Of a stretch of 64,000 bases of DNA, positions 1 to 13,027 are shown piece after piece (position 1 is the stretch's first letter; every line of letters starts with the position of its first letter). The notes beneath the pieces are model-generated. The model made no database searches. It had not been told where the DNA came from and saw only the letters and a list, made by a program, of their open reading frames with translations. A program made the position numbers and the translations under genes. Location: the NCBI GenBank assembly GCA_030265395.1, contig JARFYF010000022.1:27432531-27496530 (forward strand), in the 5' to 3' direction. Source of the stretch: Rhina ancylostomus. Its lineage: Eukaryota.

Positions 1-78
1 CAAACTCCTTACCGACAGTGGAGGGAATCGACCCCCGGTCTCTGGTGCTCTAATAGCATTGTGCTAACCGCTACACTG
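1..78 (-). mobile_element. tRNA-derived V-SINE (HE1-like) 5' head, cut by the window edge
   Basis: Reverse strand reads GTGTAGCGGTTAG (A box) ... GGTCGATTCC (B box) ... GTAAGGAGTTTG, the same head as the copy at 37430-37710. Confidence 0.75.
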
Positions 79-187
79 TTTCTCCATGGGTCAGTGATGA
101 CTGCGTCTGGACATGGCAAATAGGTATTTGTTTTTTCTAACAGTGGAACTGATTCCAGCAAGCAAATCCATTTGTTGCCTTCTAGGC

Positions 188-700
188 AAAGTCAAGTTTA
201 TTGCCATCTGCACAAGTCCATGTGTGCACAGGAGCAATGAAAAACTTACTTGCAGCAGCATCACTGGCACAGAGCATCAGATAAACAGCATTCACAAGAG
301 AAACATAAATTATACACAATTTTTACAAGAAAGAACACAATTAGAACAAAAAAACCCACAAAGTCCATTTTAGTGCAAAGTGATCAAAGTGGTCACAGTA
401 TTGTTAAACTGTCGTGATTAGGGCTGTGCCATTTGGTTCAAGAACCAAATGGTTGAAGGAAAGCAGTTGTTCTTGAACCTGTTGGTGTGAGGCTTCAGGC
501 TTCTGTACCTCTTGCCCGATGATAACTACAAGAAGATGGCATTCTCTGCAGCTTCTCATGTTCCTGCACATTTGAATAGCCATACCAGACCATGATGCAA
601 CCAGTCAAGACACTTTCAAGAGTATATCTGCAGAAGTTTGTCAGAGTGTTTGGTGACAAGCTGAACCTCCTTAACCTCCTAAGAAAGTAAAGACGCTTGG
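188..700 (-). mobile_element. Rex1/Babar-type LINE 3' fragment
   Basis: Minus strand encodes KRLYFLRRLRRF-like post-RT residues (about 655-700) and ends in a ...tggcaataaacttgacttt tail near 190. Confidence 0.7.
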
Positions 701-779
701 TCCTATTTCTGAGATTCCATATTTAAAACCGAGAATTAACAGCCCTTTAGCTGTAACATTAGGTCATTTGGTCTCCCTT

Positions 780-972
780 TGTTCCACCCCTCCCTCTCAC
801 CCATCTGTCTGCTCCCTAAACTAACTTATTTCTCTCTTTCCCAGTTCTGACGAAGGTTCTTGGACTCAAGACATTAACTCTGTTTCTCTTTCCACAGATG
901 CTGCCTGACCTGCTGAGTGTTTCCAAAATTTTCTGTTTTCATTCCAGATTTCCATCATCTGCAGTTTTTTGA
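780..972 (+). mobile_element. Penelope-like element 3' tail with a degenerate hammerhead motif
   Basis: Pyrimidine tract, then agttCTGACGAagg...aact, then ccacagatgctgcctgacctgctgagt...cagatttccatcatctgcag. This tail is shared with many copies in the window. Confidence 0.7.
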
Positions 973-2213
973 TTTTTTTATTTGTGGTTTATTTTTTTCA
1001 TAACATCCCTGGATTTCTATTTCATTATTTTTATGTGAAGAAAATGTTTCCTTGTCCTTTGTCTGCCTGCTATTTGATTTGTGCTGAAGTAATGTTCCAA
1101 CTTCACTCTTGACTTGATTTAGTATATAGTTTTAGAAAAGCCTTTGGGGCAGAGGAGCTCCTGTTTCCTCTGTCCTTCCATCAGTGATTCCTGAACATGG
1201 GCTTTTAGCCTTAGATGGCCAGTGTTCAATTGGTTCTCATGGGATATGTTCCTCTGCCAGGATGGCAAGGAGGAGAAAGAGAACATTTTACACTGATGTC
1301 TTTGTGAGAGTCCTTCTAAGATGGGTGTTCTTTCATGATTTGAAGTTGATGCATTATTAGGGCTTAGATATTTACTGGAAAGCAAACAGGAGAGTGGCTA
1401 TAAACAGTCCCACCTGGGAATGCTTGATGTTGACATTTGATATCTGCACTTGAGGTGAGCTGTTTCCTCCATTTTATGATACATAATTTCAAGAAACACA
1501 TACAAAAAGTCAGTGTATGTTAATTAATCAAGTATTTAATTTTCTTGACAAGAGATCTAATGCAAATAATTTGTTCAATATCCTGTATCCACCTCTGCTT
1601 ATTGGTGTACAGGGATGATGAAAGAGTGGTGGCCTTGATAAGATCAAGTCAAGCTGAAGCTGCCAGTTATTTGATTACAATGCAGCTTACAAGCAAAGGA
1701 ATTTAATAATTGAAAATCCCTTGGGATTTTTTAAAATTCTGAGATATAATCTATAATACCAAGATTGTAACTGGCTTATGCATTGGAAATTAGTTTGCTC
1801 AATAAAATATTAATGTTGGGTTTGGATATGTTGTAAGTTACTTTTCATAGCATCTGAGATTTTTACCGTTTTCTAATATCACAATTTTATGAGGTCAGTG
1901 TAATGAGAACATAATCACTAAATGTGATTATATTTGTACAAAAATTTGTATTCTTCCATGCTAACTTTCCATGTTAATTTTCTCCCCTCTTTTGCATTTG
2001 TACTGTCCCTTTGGGTTCTGTCTCTGCTGGGATATGCTCCTCTGCTTCAATTTCTTGCATCTTGTCTGAATATCCATTGAACACAATGAATATTTGCAAT
2101 TTGCTTCACTTCAAGGAGAATTGTAGAATCTGCACACAGGTCTATGTTCACCATTACTTCTCTCTTCGACCAGTATACGGGCATGACTTTGAGGAACATG
2201 AGTTGGCAAATGC

Positions 2214-2260
2214 ATATATATATAAAAAAAATGTGTGTGTGTGTATATATATATATATAT
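2214..2260. repeat. (TA)n/(TG)n microsatellite running into an assembly gap
   Basis: tatatatataaaaaaaatgtgtgtgtgtgtatatatatatatatat. Confidence 0.9.
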
Positions 2261-2360
2261 NNNNNNNNNNNNNNNNNNNNNNNNNNNNNNNNNNNNNNNN
2301 NNNNNNNNNNNNNNNNNNNNNNNNNNNNNNNNNNNNNNNNNNNNNNNNNNNNNNNNNNNN

Positions 2361-2652
2361 CTGGTGAACCTCCTCTGCACCGCCTCCAAAGCCCTTCCAC
2401 AAGTAAGGAGACCACAAGTGCACATAGTACTCAAGGTGCGGCCTCACCAGTACCCTGTAGCAAGATTTAGCAGAAACATTTGAAAGTCATTTGGACAATA
2501 CAACAGCGGGCAGTGCACAGTAACAACATTTAAAAGACGTTCGGATGGGTACATGGATAGGAAGGGTTTAGTGGGATATGGGCCAAAGGTGGGAAAATGG
2601 GAATCTTGGTTGGGCCGAAGGCCCTGCTTCCGTGCTGTGTGTCTCTATGACT
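2361..2652. mobile_element. CR1 LINE fragments (minus 2361-2455; plus-strand 3' tail 2475-2652)
   Basis: Minus-strand ORF reads VRPHLEYYVHLWSPY and ALEAVQRRFT. Plus strand has the tail gggccgaaggccctgcttccgtgctgtgtgtctctatgactc. Confidence 0.75.
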
Positions 2653-3167
2653 CCTGTCACCATGCACTATAACCCCTTTAATCATCCCTCATTTTCTTCT
2701 CTCTCTGCTGTTCACCACTGAACTCTGCCCTCTCCTCCGCAACAGAACATATGTTTAACTCTGTAACCAGAGGGTGAAAATATATCAGCTTCTCGCTAAA
2801 GCATTGACTCTGCTTCTGTCTCCACTGTTGTTGGCTGACTGTTGAATATCTGGTCTTATTTCATGTTTCTTGGACCTACCGTCACTTCATTTTGATCTTT
2901 TCGTGTCTCTTTGATTCAACACTTGGGAGATCTCTGGGCAACCCCTAAGTTTCCAATGTTGCTATTCACTCTAAATCAGCCACTCATTATTCTCTACATC
3001 ACTGTTAAATCTCCCCTCAGCTCCCTCTGTACCAAACACTGGATCATATTTCAGTCAAAAAGCATTTCCTTGTTTCCTGTCTGCTATTAGAAGTGGAACT
3101 GGGAATAATTCCATGCTTAACAATGTAGTCTCTCTTACTTCAAGAAAAATATTGGCTAAATATTCAG

Positions 3168-3395
3168 AGATATACGGCACAGAAACAGCCCTCCAGCCCA
3201 TCAAGTCCTTGCCAAACATCTGCACCAATCCAAAACCAACTCATTTCATTCTCCCCACACTTCCATCAACTCCCATCAGCCACCACCGACTAAGGCCAAT
3301 GAACTCACTGACCCATAGTCCCAGAGGAAACCCACACGGTCACAGGGATTGAACCTGGGTCACTGGAGCTGTGAGGCATCAGCTCTGCAACTGGC
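3168..3395 (-). mobile_element. V-SINE with CR1-type tail (HE1-like), internally deleted
   Basis: gaggaaacccacacggtcacaggg (V-domain), ttgaacctgggtcactggagctgtgaggc (B-box region), and the reverse CR1 tail ggcacagaaacagccctccagccc. Confidence 0.6.
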
Positions 3396-3454
3396 ATATT
3401 CCATCTGGCATGAGCTACACTGGCAGATTATGTAAGGGTGACCTGATAGAGGTG

Positions 3455-3835
3455 TATTCCTGGTCAGATCACGTAGATGCCACGGCCAAGAAAGCTCACA
3501 GACGGCTCTACTTCCTCAGGAGGCTAATGAAATTTGGCACGTCCCCTTCGACACTCACCAACTTTTGTCAATGCACCATAGAAAGCATCCTATCTGGAGG
3601 CATCATGGCTTGGTATGGCAACTGCTCTGCCCAGGACTGCAGAGCATGTCGCGGACACCAGCCTCCCCTCTGTGGACTCTGTCTATACCTCTCGGTAAGC
3701 AGCCAGCATAATCAAAGACCCCACCCACCTGGGTCAGTCTCTCTTCTCACCTCTTCCATCAGGCAGAAGATGCAGGGGCCTGAGGGTACATACCACAAAG
3801 CTCAAGGACAGCTTCTAGCCCACTGTGATAAGACG
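3455..3835 (+). mobile_element. Rex1/Babar LINE ORF2 C-terminal fragment
   Basis: SWSDHVDATAKKAHRRLYFLRRLMKFGTSPSTLTNFCQCTIESILSGGIMAWYGNCSAQD is a characteristic Rex1/Babar post-RT motif; frameshifted afterwards. Confidence 0.85.
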
Positions 3836-6099
3836 CCACACTACCATGCCTGCCTGTTCAGCACATCATAAACACATATCTGAAGACATCCCAACGTACA
3901 CCATAAGGTTCTCCAGAATGACAGCCTGCTTTCCTCCCATCTGTAAGTCCAGGCAGGTCAGAGAAGAGGGGCTCCTAAGTGGTAAGCAAAGTGGTGGATG
4001 ATAAGAGCAAAGTCTGGATGCTCCCACAGGGTTATCCATGCCAAGAGGAAAGCCTGCTCCTTCATGCTTAATATGCAAGAGAAGACCAACATTAATAACC
4101 AGACTTCATTGAACAGATTCAGATGTGTTTCTCCTTTGTAATTATGCTACCCCCCAGGGTAAGAACACTCAAACCAAGACTGAACTCCTGTTATTGCCTT
4201 ATGCATATGAAGGTACAGCAATTTATCATCATTAAATGTTAGAGAGTTTCCTTTTGATGCTTTAAAGCGAGCATAACCATCCATAAATTAGGAATTTTGC
4301 AAGAGATGTTTGCATATCCAAAACTGCACACAAAACAAGACTTTCTACTTATTNNNNNNNNNNNNNNNNNNNNNNNNNNNNNNNNNNNNNNNNNNNNNNN
4401 NNNNNNNNNNNNNNNNNNNNNNNNNNNNNNNNNNNNNNNNNNNNNNNNNNNNNNNNNNNNNNNNNNNNNNNNNNNNNNNNNNNNNNNNNNNNNNNNNNNN
4501 NNNNNNNNNNNNNNNNNNNGGGTGCCTAGAGTAGGCCTGATGCTGCTTATCAGAAGTGGACTCATTCTTGGGTCATTCTCACAGCATCCAGTGGTCACTT
4601 TAAACATGAATGACAAAGCACAAGAACTCAGCCACACTTTTAAATTCAGTTGATGGGTGGACATAGGAGCGGGGAATAGAATGAACAATAGAACAAAAAC
4701 CCTGCTAACCTAAACTGCACTAAAATAAATGTATAGCTCTCTAATAACAGCACTAAGTAGTTAACCTATGGTTATTCAAGTTGTCAAAGGACAGATGCAG
4801 ATTTCAATTGTGATCTTGTGAAAACCTCTTAGTTACTTTGAGCATGCAAGGCTGCCTTTAATGTTTAAATACACAAGTCCTGATTAATAGTCCTATACTA
4901 ACTGAAATCAGGGAGCCCTGAAAGGATATTTTCCACTAAAATACAGCACTGCTAGAGGTGTACTCATCAGTGATGGTATTGCGGCAAGAGAGGCTCTGCC
5001 TCCTGCCAGTGTCTGATTTCAGCATTGTGGTGGATGTGGTAGAACACAGGAACTAAAGCTTCCAAATGAGGCCCTAGAACAGAGATGAGCTGCAAGTGGT
5101 CACTGAGATCCCCTCTTGGCGTGTCTCAAAGAAGTTCAAGATCTTGCAAGAGAGGTCAAGGTTAGCTGTCATCTTGAACTGCATCTAACTTGTGTTGCTT
5201 TCAAACAGCTGCTTTGCTCACTATCAGACCACAGTTCACACATTGGACCTGCATTATGGCCATAATTTCCAGATTCCTGCAGTGCACTTACCTCCTGGAG
5301 TACATCTGCAGGCCCAGTCTTGCTGGTATTCCCTTCTCCCCAACACCAACATGCTGGCATTCACAGCCCACGATGCATTCATCTCTCCAGGTGCCTTCCA
5401 GGCCTCCTCACTACCTTGTCCTGTCTCACCAGTCACACAGAAAGCACAGATCACATGCACCTACAGAAATTTGATCCTGATAACCATGTCATTGTACTAA
5501 CATTGCTAACACCAGAGCAATCTTTAAGTAACAATTACCATTTAAAATTCTCTGGGATTGTGGCCAATGTATTGCAAGTAGTGCATTCAACACACATTAT
5601 TAATATCTACAATAGTCCAAAGCTAATGGTTTAGTTAAATGATGAGAATGGGTGAATTAAGCTTATGTTTGTCTAAATTCAGTCAAGATGGTTGTTTCAT
5701 TTGCCCTTCATTTCCAAGTTGTAATATGTCAGCTTGTTATTTTTGTTCTCAATGCAAAATTGTGATTTGATACCAACCACCTAATCAGTACATCCTGGGG
5801 CAGCTATTTAATACTATTGTAGTCTGATTTATCAGATTAATTGGTTGGAAAATGTCATTTTGACCTGACAAAATAAATCCCCCCTTTTTTTTGCGGATAA
5901 GAATAACTGGGATGACAGTGACTCTTGATCACAAGAGCCTTTAAAATACTGAGCAGAAGGCAACAATATGTACAGCTGACAATTACAAGATAATGAATGG
6001 ACAGAGCTTTAACAAAACTCAGTACATTTTCTGACTGGCCTTTGATTTACTTTTTTCATCTCTTTTTACTTAAAATGTTCCTGTTGCAATTTTCCCACT

Positions 6100-6425
6100 C
6101 TTTCCAAGGTGCCTTTTTCTGGCACTGTTCCTGTCTAAAAGGCTTTTTAAAAGCCATCACCATCGAGCATAAAGCTGCCTTCACCTGGCATCTAAAGTCC
6201 CTCTGCTCCTGCAGAGACCATGAGGAAATCTGAGCTGTCCCTGATTGTTGCCATATCTAATCTCTTCTTGCAGGTATTCCATCATCCATACTTCAAACTG
6301 CAAATACACCTCTCTGTATCTTGACTTGGTTATTTCTGCCACATCCAACATTGGCATCCTCTCCCCAAGTGCATGAAAGTTAACATCCTTATTTTTGTTT
6401 TTGAATCCCTCTATCGTCTCAGGTC
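6100..6425 (+). mobile_element. Old L2 LINE 3' fragment
   Basis: Degenerate ...ctaatctcttcttgcaggtattcca (NSLLAGLP-like), cattggcatcctctcccc, and ttaacatccttatttttgtttttgaatccct (FKILILVFKSL-like). Confidence 0.45.
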
Positions 6426-9400
6426 ATTTGATGCATTACAGCATTCAAGTTTTGTTCATTGTTTCTCTCCAAAATTATGTGTAGGACATTAGTTGATCAA
6501 ATGTGCCCATAGGTCAGCCCAGTAATTAACCAGGCATTGATGTTGGTGATGTGTTTCAGTGATACTTTTAGATATTAAGTATCAGAAGAATGATTGTCAT
6601 TTGTAAATTGTGCTCACTGGAAGTAACACATTTAGCAGTGAAACAGATTTGGCAGCAGATATTTCATACATTGATATAAAGTATAATATAAAGAAATAGG
6701 TCATCAAGACCAAACAGTCTTGTAACTATTACAACAGTGACATGCCTATCTTATTCACTTATGTAATTGATGAGATGATAACTGACCAACCACAATATGG
6801 AATTTGATCTAATCAAGCAAATTTCGATCAAAACACATTAGCATAGATTTCTCTGTGAAACTATTCTTTAAAAATGGATAAAATGCTGCATTGCATATAC
6901 CATGCAGAGGAAACCTTCCCTATGATTGGGATGCTGACCTATAGAATATCCAATGGCTGTACCTTTTTTAGCACGAGGGAAAAATTACACCACTTTCTGC
7001 CCAATATATTTAGACCTAGTCTGCCAGATAATAAGGTAGAAAAGAGAAAAAAATGCTTTTAGTGAAAGGTAGTATGAGCACTCATTGGTTTTGGATGGTA
7101 TTGTAAATGTGGACAGTCATGTCACAAAGGCATATAGTGACTTCATGATCTTGTACTTGCAGGAAAATGGGGAGTACAACCAGGGATTTAAATGCAGAGT
7201 GTTGCAGCTCTTTCTCTATTCCCCACTCCAATAAATTTGGTTCCCCACAGGAGGCACTGAATAAAAGAAATACCATATTGTGTGAATTTCTTGAAGCTCC
7301 ACGGTCTCAGATTTTTATTACTTTATTTGGTCTGTCTGTACTGGAAAGTTAATTAAACATGGCAATAAAGCTGTTCTATGATACACTGTCATACTGTGGC
7401 AGAACGTTATGTGCAGTTATATTGAGTGTCACAGGGGCTCACTTGAATGCCAAAAATCATGCAGTTGCTTGGCAAAATGTCCAAATAATTTTGCATCTTG
7501 CTATCAGCTTTTTAAGCATAAACAGAGTCGATGTAATAATTTGGCCAAAATAGTTCTGAAATGACTTTCTCCTGTAGTTATGGTTTAGATGGCCTTGATA
7601 TAGTGCAGAGACTTACAGTGTAAATGTGGAAGATTGTTAGATGGTGATAGAACATGTGAGTGTGTTAAGCCATGTCACTTTCGGATTGTTTTAACACTTG
7701 AACATGGCCCATCAGTCTAATGCTAATTCCCGTGTCCTAAAGAGAAAGGGAGGTTGTCTTGTGTTAGGCGAGGAAATGAGAAGTGTCAGAGAACAGTGGA
7801 GGACAATAAACATTTAATCTGTACCTCAGTTACTTCCCATACCAAACTGTTTCTCTTTGTAACTTATTATATCAAACTCAAAATCAGTTTTGTGCATTTG
7901 TCGACCTTTAAGGAAACTGCTATACTTTCAGCTCTGTGATTTATCCCCTTTGAGATGTATCGATGCATAACGAGTCTTTCTCTTTATTTTGTTGGGTGTT
8001 CATGCTCACTCACATGCTCTACAAACTACAAAGATCTTACTGCACTTTCAAGTGTTTGAGGATTAAAGGTCTTTTCCTTATTTTTCTTGAGGTAATAGAA
8101 GGAGTTTATTATTTTTTTCTGGGGAAATTTTGAGATTACTCATTTATTTCCAAGGGGAATGAACAAACACTAAACATAGATTTCCTGCCTCTGCTAATTT
8201 AGATTCTTCACAAAATTTAATGGGGGTTATTGAGTACCATCCTCATTGAATCCCCATCCAGACTACACAGCTGGACTCTGAGGTACGGAGTGCCAGCAAG
8301 ACCGGTTCTCCATCTCCAGCCCGGTTAAGTGTTGGCATGGGCAGACTGTGGGTGTCATTCTGGGGGGTGGGGTGAAACCAGGCCAGTACTCTCCATCCCA
8401 TTACCTAATTAAATAAATATAACAGAAAGAATTAATAAAGAGTATCACTGCTTCATCCATGTGTTATTGGAAACATCTCCAATTACTAACTTGATCTCTG
8501 CTGTAAACTATCACATTAGATGACAATGCCTTTTCAGTGATAAAATACTGCTGGTATCCTATCCTGCACCATCCTGCTCACTCATCATCCTTGCCCTAGT
8601 TGACCGATATTTTCTCTGTAAGCTCCAAAGCCCAATAGCTTCCCTGCTAAGTTTTATGTTCCTCAGACTGTGGCCTCCTATTCATATCTATTCTCTGCTC
8701 CACCACTTGCAGCAATGCTTTCATCCACCTCTTTCCCTCTCTCTCCTGGAAGACTCTCCAAAAAAAAAACCCATCTTGTTGATTAAGCATTGGCATAATG
8801 TCAATCACTTTTATGCTTTTATATTAATGGATGCTTTATAATGAGCTGTAGGACATTAAGTTAGGTTACATTTCCATTGTCTCACAGGAACAACAAATAG
8901 TGTGTGTCTCTTGAACAAGTTCCATATAGCTATAACATGACACATCTGTGTCCTTCTGTGCTGCAATTAAGTTAAGTGCTTATGCTTAGATTTTTGCATA
9001 TGATGCCCCTGTTATGTGGTGTGGATTGTACATCTGCAAAAAGTTTTAAACTATATTTAAAACTAATTTGAACCATGGGTATACTTCAAAGCTTCCACAT
9101 CATCAGGAGGCTCTGGCATGTAAGATGGAATTTACTTCAGAAAGGAAGAAAAATTTGTCAAATTGTGGGGTTTTGCATGGCATAACTTGGATTTAAATCT
9201 CAGCATTAGTGAGGAATGTTATAACGCCCCAGAATCTGGAACACTTCTTTTTACTCCTTTTGATTTTTTTCCTTTTACTTCTGACTTGAGAGCAGTGGGA
9301 GCCTGGTAATGCAGGCAGCATCAATAATCCCATGTGCCATGCTTTGCACATGAGCTTTGACCATACAAGTTAGGCATGACCATCAAAACCAAATCAGCGC

Positions 9401-11959
9401 GCACACAGTTTTCAGGCAAAGTTTCCTGTGCAGTGACTTAAAGTAGAAACTATGGGGGAGAAATTCATCCTTCCTCATTGGCACTTTGTATGTGCAGGAG
9501 TGCAAGAGTACTGGTCGGACCACCTCTGTGGAAGTCACTTGGATGAATGCATGAAGATGTGCATAACCAGCTTCCTGTGATCTTACTAGCATTTACTCCT
9601 GGTGATCAAAGGGGAATTTTCTTTGCCACACCAACTCTTCATCCCATACACCATCTACAAACCCCATCTCCCAACCTCCAGTTCCCGCTTCACCACCAAA
9701 TTGCAGTTTTCTTTTTTTGTCACAGGAACTAACAGTTCACAGTAAGTGGAGTAATAAAAATATTACATATAGAAGGAGGCCATTTCAGCTCTGAGTCTGT
9801 GCTGGTTCTTTGCCTCTCAACTTTACCACCTGTTTAAATTAAATAAAAGTTCTGACAGAAAGGTCCTTTGTCACCACACTGAGGAAGTTAATAATATGTA
9901 TAAGGGACACAGTTGCAAAGGTCGAATTGAGGGATGGCTCCCTATAAAACAAAACAAAGATAGAAAATGCACCTACTTTTTTTTTCAAAAATGTCCGACT
10001 ATGGGTGGCAATCTGAACTTTATTTATTTCTCTTTTATTACCTTAAGATACATTTTCAAATGGAAATCTGCAGCTTCCCAGTGCCTTAGGGCTGGTGGAC
10101 AATAGTAAATTGAGACGGCAGCTTGTGCAGTCAAGCAATTCCAATGTGTAGGACTTCCTTGTCCTCATTTGGCCTCAACTGGTGCTACGTGGTGAAGCAA
10201 GAATGGCCATTCAGTCAGAAACTGATGGTGAGGTTTAGATCAGTGAACTGGCAAGGTTGGCCTGTTCTTTTAAAAGTGCCTGGCAAATGCTGACAGCAGC
10301 TTATGAAGCCCTGCCCTTCCAGGAGAAAGCTCTGCTTGGCAAAGTGGATGAATTTAATAAAGGAGAAATCAAAATAAGACTGAAAGTCTTTTATTGTATG
10401 AGGGCAGACTTTTAATTTCATGTAAGCATATCTGAAAAACTTTCCCTGAGGAAATTGAATTATTTAGCCATGGCAGATGACACTAACACTTGGGGCAGAC
10501 TGAGGAAATACTCTGCCTTTTATTCAGCGGAGTAAAGAAGAAGTGTAATGCAGTGATTGAGACATTAAAAAGGGCAGATGGGCAGAGCTGAGATTGCTAA
10601 GCTTTGCTCTCTGATCGTCGATACTTCATCTATGAAAATTATCAAGAGGTTTGAAAAAGCAGAGCCAGACCTTTGAGCACCAACACAAGAGGAATCACAT
10701 TCACCAGTCTGCTTTATGTGCAAAAGAAAGCCAGAATGAAAATCAAGGCAGGAGTGCTACATCCAATACCATGGGTTAAACAGATTCTGAAAAATTAGAC
10801 TGGAATTAATGCAATGATGGAAGTGAATGTCACTGAACAATGTTGCAAGAGCTCAGTCTCCACACTGAGGAGCCAGTGCCAGATATTTATTGTTTTGCAC
10901 CTAGCTTATTGGTATATCATTCATGTTCATTAATATTCCCCACCACCTATAACTTCATAATTAACAACAATTACCAATTTTTCAACTAAAACTATGTTGG
11001 TCCTTACACAGAACACCTGCGCTCCACCTGTAACCATGATCTGCATCTTCCTGTTGCCAGTCACTTCAACTCCCCCTCCCACACTATCACTGAAATATCA
11101 GTNNNNNNNNNNNNNNNNNNNNNNNNNNNNNNNNNNNNNNNNNNNNNNNNNNNNNNNNNNNNNNNNNNNNNNNNNNNNNNNNNNNNNNNNNNNNNNNNNN
11201 NNNNNNNNNNNNNNNNNNNNNNNNNNNNNNNNNNNNNNNNNNNNNNNNNNNNNNNNNNNNNNNNNNNNNNNNNNNNNNNNNNNNNNNNNNNNNNNNNNNN
11301 NNNNNNNNNNNNNNNNNNNNNNNNNNNNNNNNNNNNNNNNNNNNNNNNNNNNNNNNNNNNNNNNNNNNNNNNNNNNNNNNNNNNNNNNNNNNNNNNNNNN
11401 NNNNNNNNNNNNNNNNNNNNNNNNNNNNNNNNNNNNNNNNNNNNNNNNNNNNNNNNNNNNNNNNNNNNNNNNNNNNNNNNNNNNNNNNNNNNNNNNNNNN
11501 NNNNNNNNNNNNNNNNNNNNNNNNNNNNNNNNNNNNNNNNNNNNNNNNNNNNNNNNNNNNNNNNNNNNNNNNNNNNNNNNNNNNNNNNNNNNNNNNNNNN
11601 NNNNNNNNNNNNNNNNNNNNNNNNNNNNNNNNNNNNNNNNNNNNNNNNNNNNNNNNNNNNNNNNNNNNNNNNNNNNNNNNNNNNNNNNNNNNNNNNNNNN
11701 NNNNNNNNNNNNNNNNNNNNNNNNNNNNNNNNNNNNNNNNNNNNNNNNNNNNNNNNNNNNNNNNNNNNNNNNNNNNNNNNNNNNNNNNNNNNNNNNNNNN
11801 NNNNNNNNNNNNNNNNNNNNNNNNNNNNNNNNNNNNNNNNNNNNNNNNNNNNNNNNNNNNNNNNNNNNNNNNNNNNNNNNNNNNNNNNNNNNNNNNNNNN
11901 NNNNNNNNNNNNNNNNNNNNNNNNNNNNNNNNNNNNNNNNNNNNNNNNNNNNNNNNNNC

Positions 11960-12203
11960 ACCTGCCTATCACTGTCTCTTACCTGCATCTACCTATCACC
12001 ACCTTGTGCCCACCCCACCTCCCCTCTTTTGTCCAACTATCACTGCTCTGCTTTTCCTGCCTATATATTGGGCTTCCCCTTTTCCTATATTCAATCCTGA
12101 AGAATGGTCCTGCTTTTCGCCACAGATGCTGCCTGGCCTACTGAGTTCCTCCAGCATCATAGTGTTTTTCATCGATTCCAGCATCTGTGCAGTCCTTTGT
12201 TTC
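11960..12203 (+). mobile_element. Penelope-like 3' tail (hammerhead region partly deleted)
   Basis: Pyrimidine-rich region, caatcCTGAAGAatggtcc, then cacagatgctgcctggcctactgagttcctccagca...ttccagcatctg. Confidence 0.7.
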
Positions 12204-12429
12204 TCAAAGTTTCCACAGGTTTACTGACAACTTTGTGTTATCAGCACAGGACTAACTCTTTGTGTATATTGTCATACACTGTAGTAGCTACTATTGCAAG
12301 GCCTTTTCCATTGTTTTGTTTCACTTCACCTCTCTCTGATGGTTGGCAGCTTCATACGTGAGAATGGTGAAGCAGACTGAGATCCAAACCAATAGCTGTT
12401 TACTTATTGTCCCAAAGAGCTGGAGAAAC

Positions 12430-12595
12430 TGAAAATGCTGGAGATACACCATCAGGTCTGGCCTATGATGAAGGGCCATTGACCCAATACATTAATTCTG
12501 CTTCTGTATCCACAGGTGCTGCCTGACCTGCTGAGTATCTCTAGCATTTTCTGGTTTAGTATCAGATTTCCAGCATCTGCAGTTCTTGCTTTTCT
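12430..12595. mobile_element. Fold-back Penelope-tail element
   Basis: Short inverted arm gaaaatgctggagatac...caggtctggc precedes atgatgaagggccattgaccc...tgcctgacctgctgagtatctctagcattttc. Confidence 0.6.
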
Positions 12596-12659
12596 TAATC
12601 AGAGTTCCATAGATGAAACATGGTTTAGTGCTTGAAGCAAATCTTAAAGACTGGGGAAA

Positions 12660-13027
12660 AATAAACTTCCATTTTTATAGTTACATTTATGACCTTAGAA
12701 CAGTGAGGCACATTTGAATTGTAGTTACTCCTTTAGCACAGAGAAACATAACAAACAATATGTACACAGCAAGATTCCACAAACAAGATTCCATCTTTTG
12801 AAGGTAAATAAGCATACACAAGACAAGAAGTGACAACCGCCAAAACTACTGAATTGTTGTATAAACCATGTCCTTCAGGGGAGAAATTCTGCTATCCTTA
12901 CCCAGTCTGGCCTGTGTGTGGCACTAGACTCACCAATGTGGTTGACTTTTAAATGCCCTCTGAATGGCTAGCAAGTTGTGCAAAAGCCAAGGGCAATTCT
13001 GGATGACCAATAAATGCTGGCCTTGTT
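12660..13027. mobile_element. Old SINE remnants (DeuSINE-like minus 12660-12790; second SINE-like plus 12830-13027)
   Basis: cacagcaagattccacaaaca and catgtccttcagggg...gggcaattctggatgaccaataaatgctggcc resemble recalled chondrichthyan SINE consensus segments. Confidence 0.4.

Noticed and set aside
840-882. Hammerhead-like motifs at about 846, 12465, 14366, 43121 and 58368 as active ribozymes
   Set aside because: Each has substitutions in CUGAUGA and/or GAAA; treated as dead copies.
10994-12100. Long ORFs in the ORF track (also 32980-33810, 35273-35821, 4239-4688, 2011-2483)
   Set aside because: They are open only because they run through N gaps.
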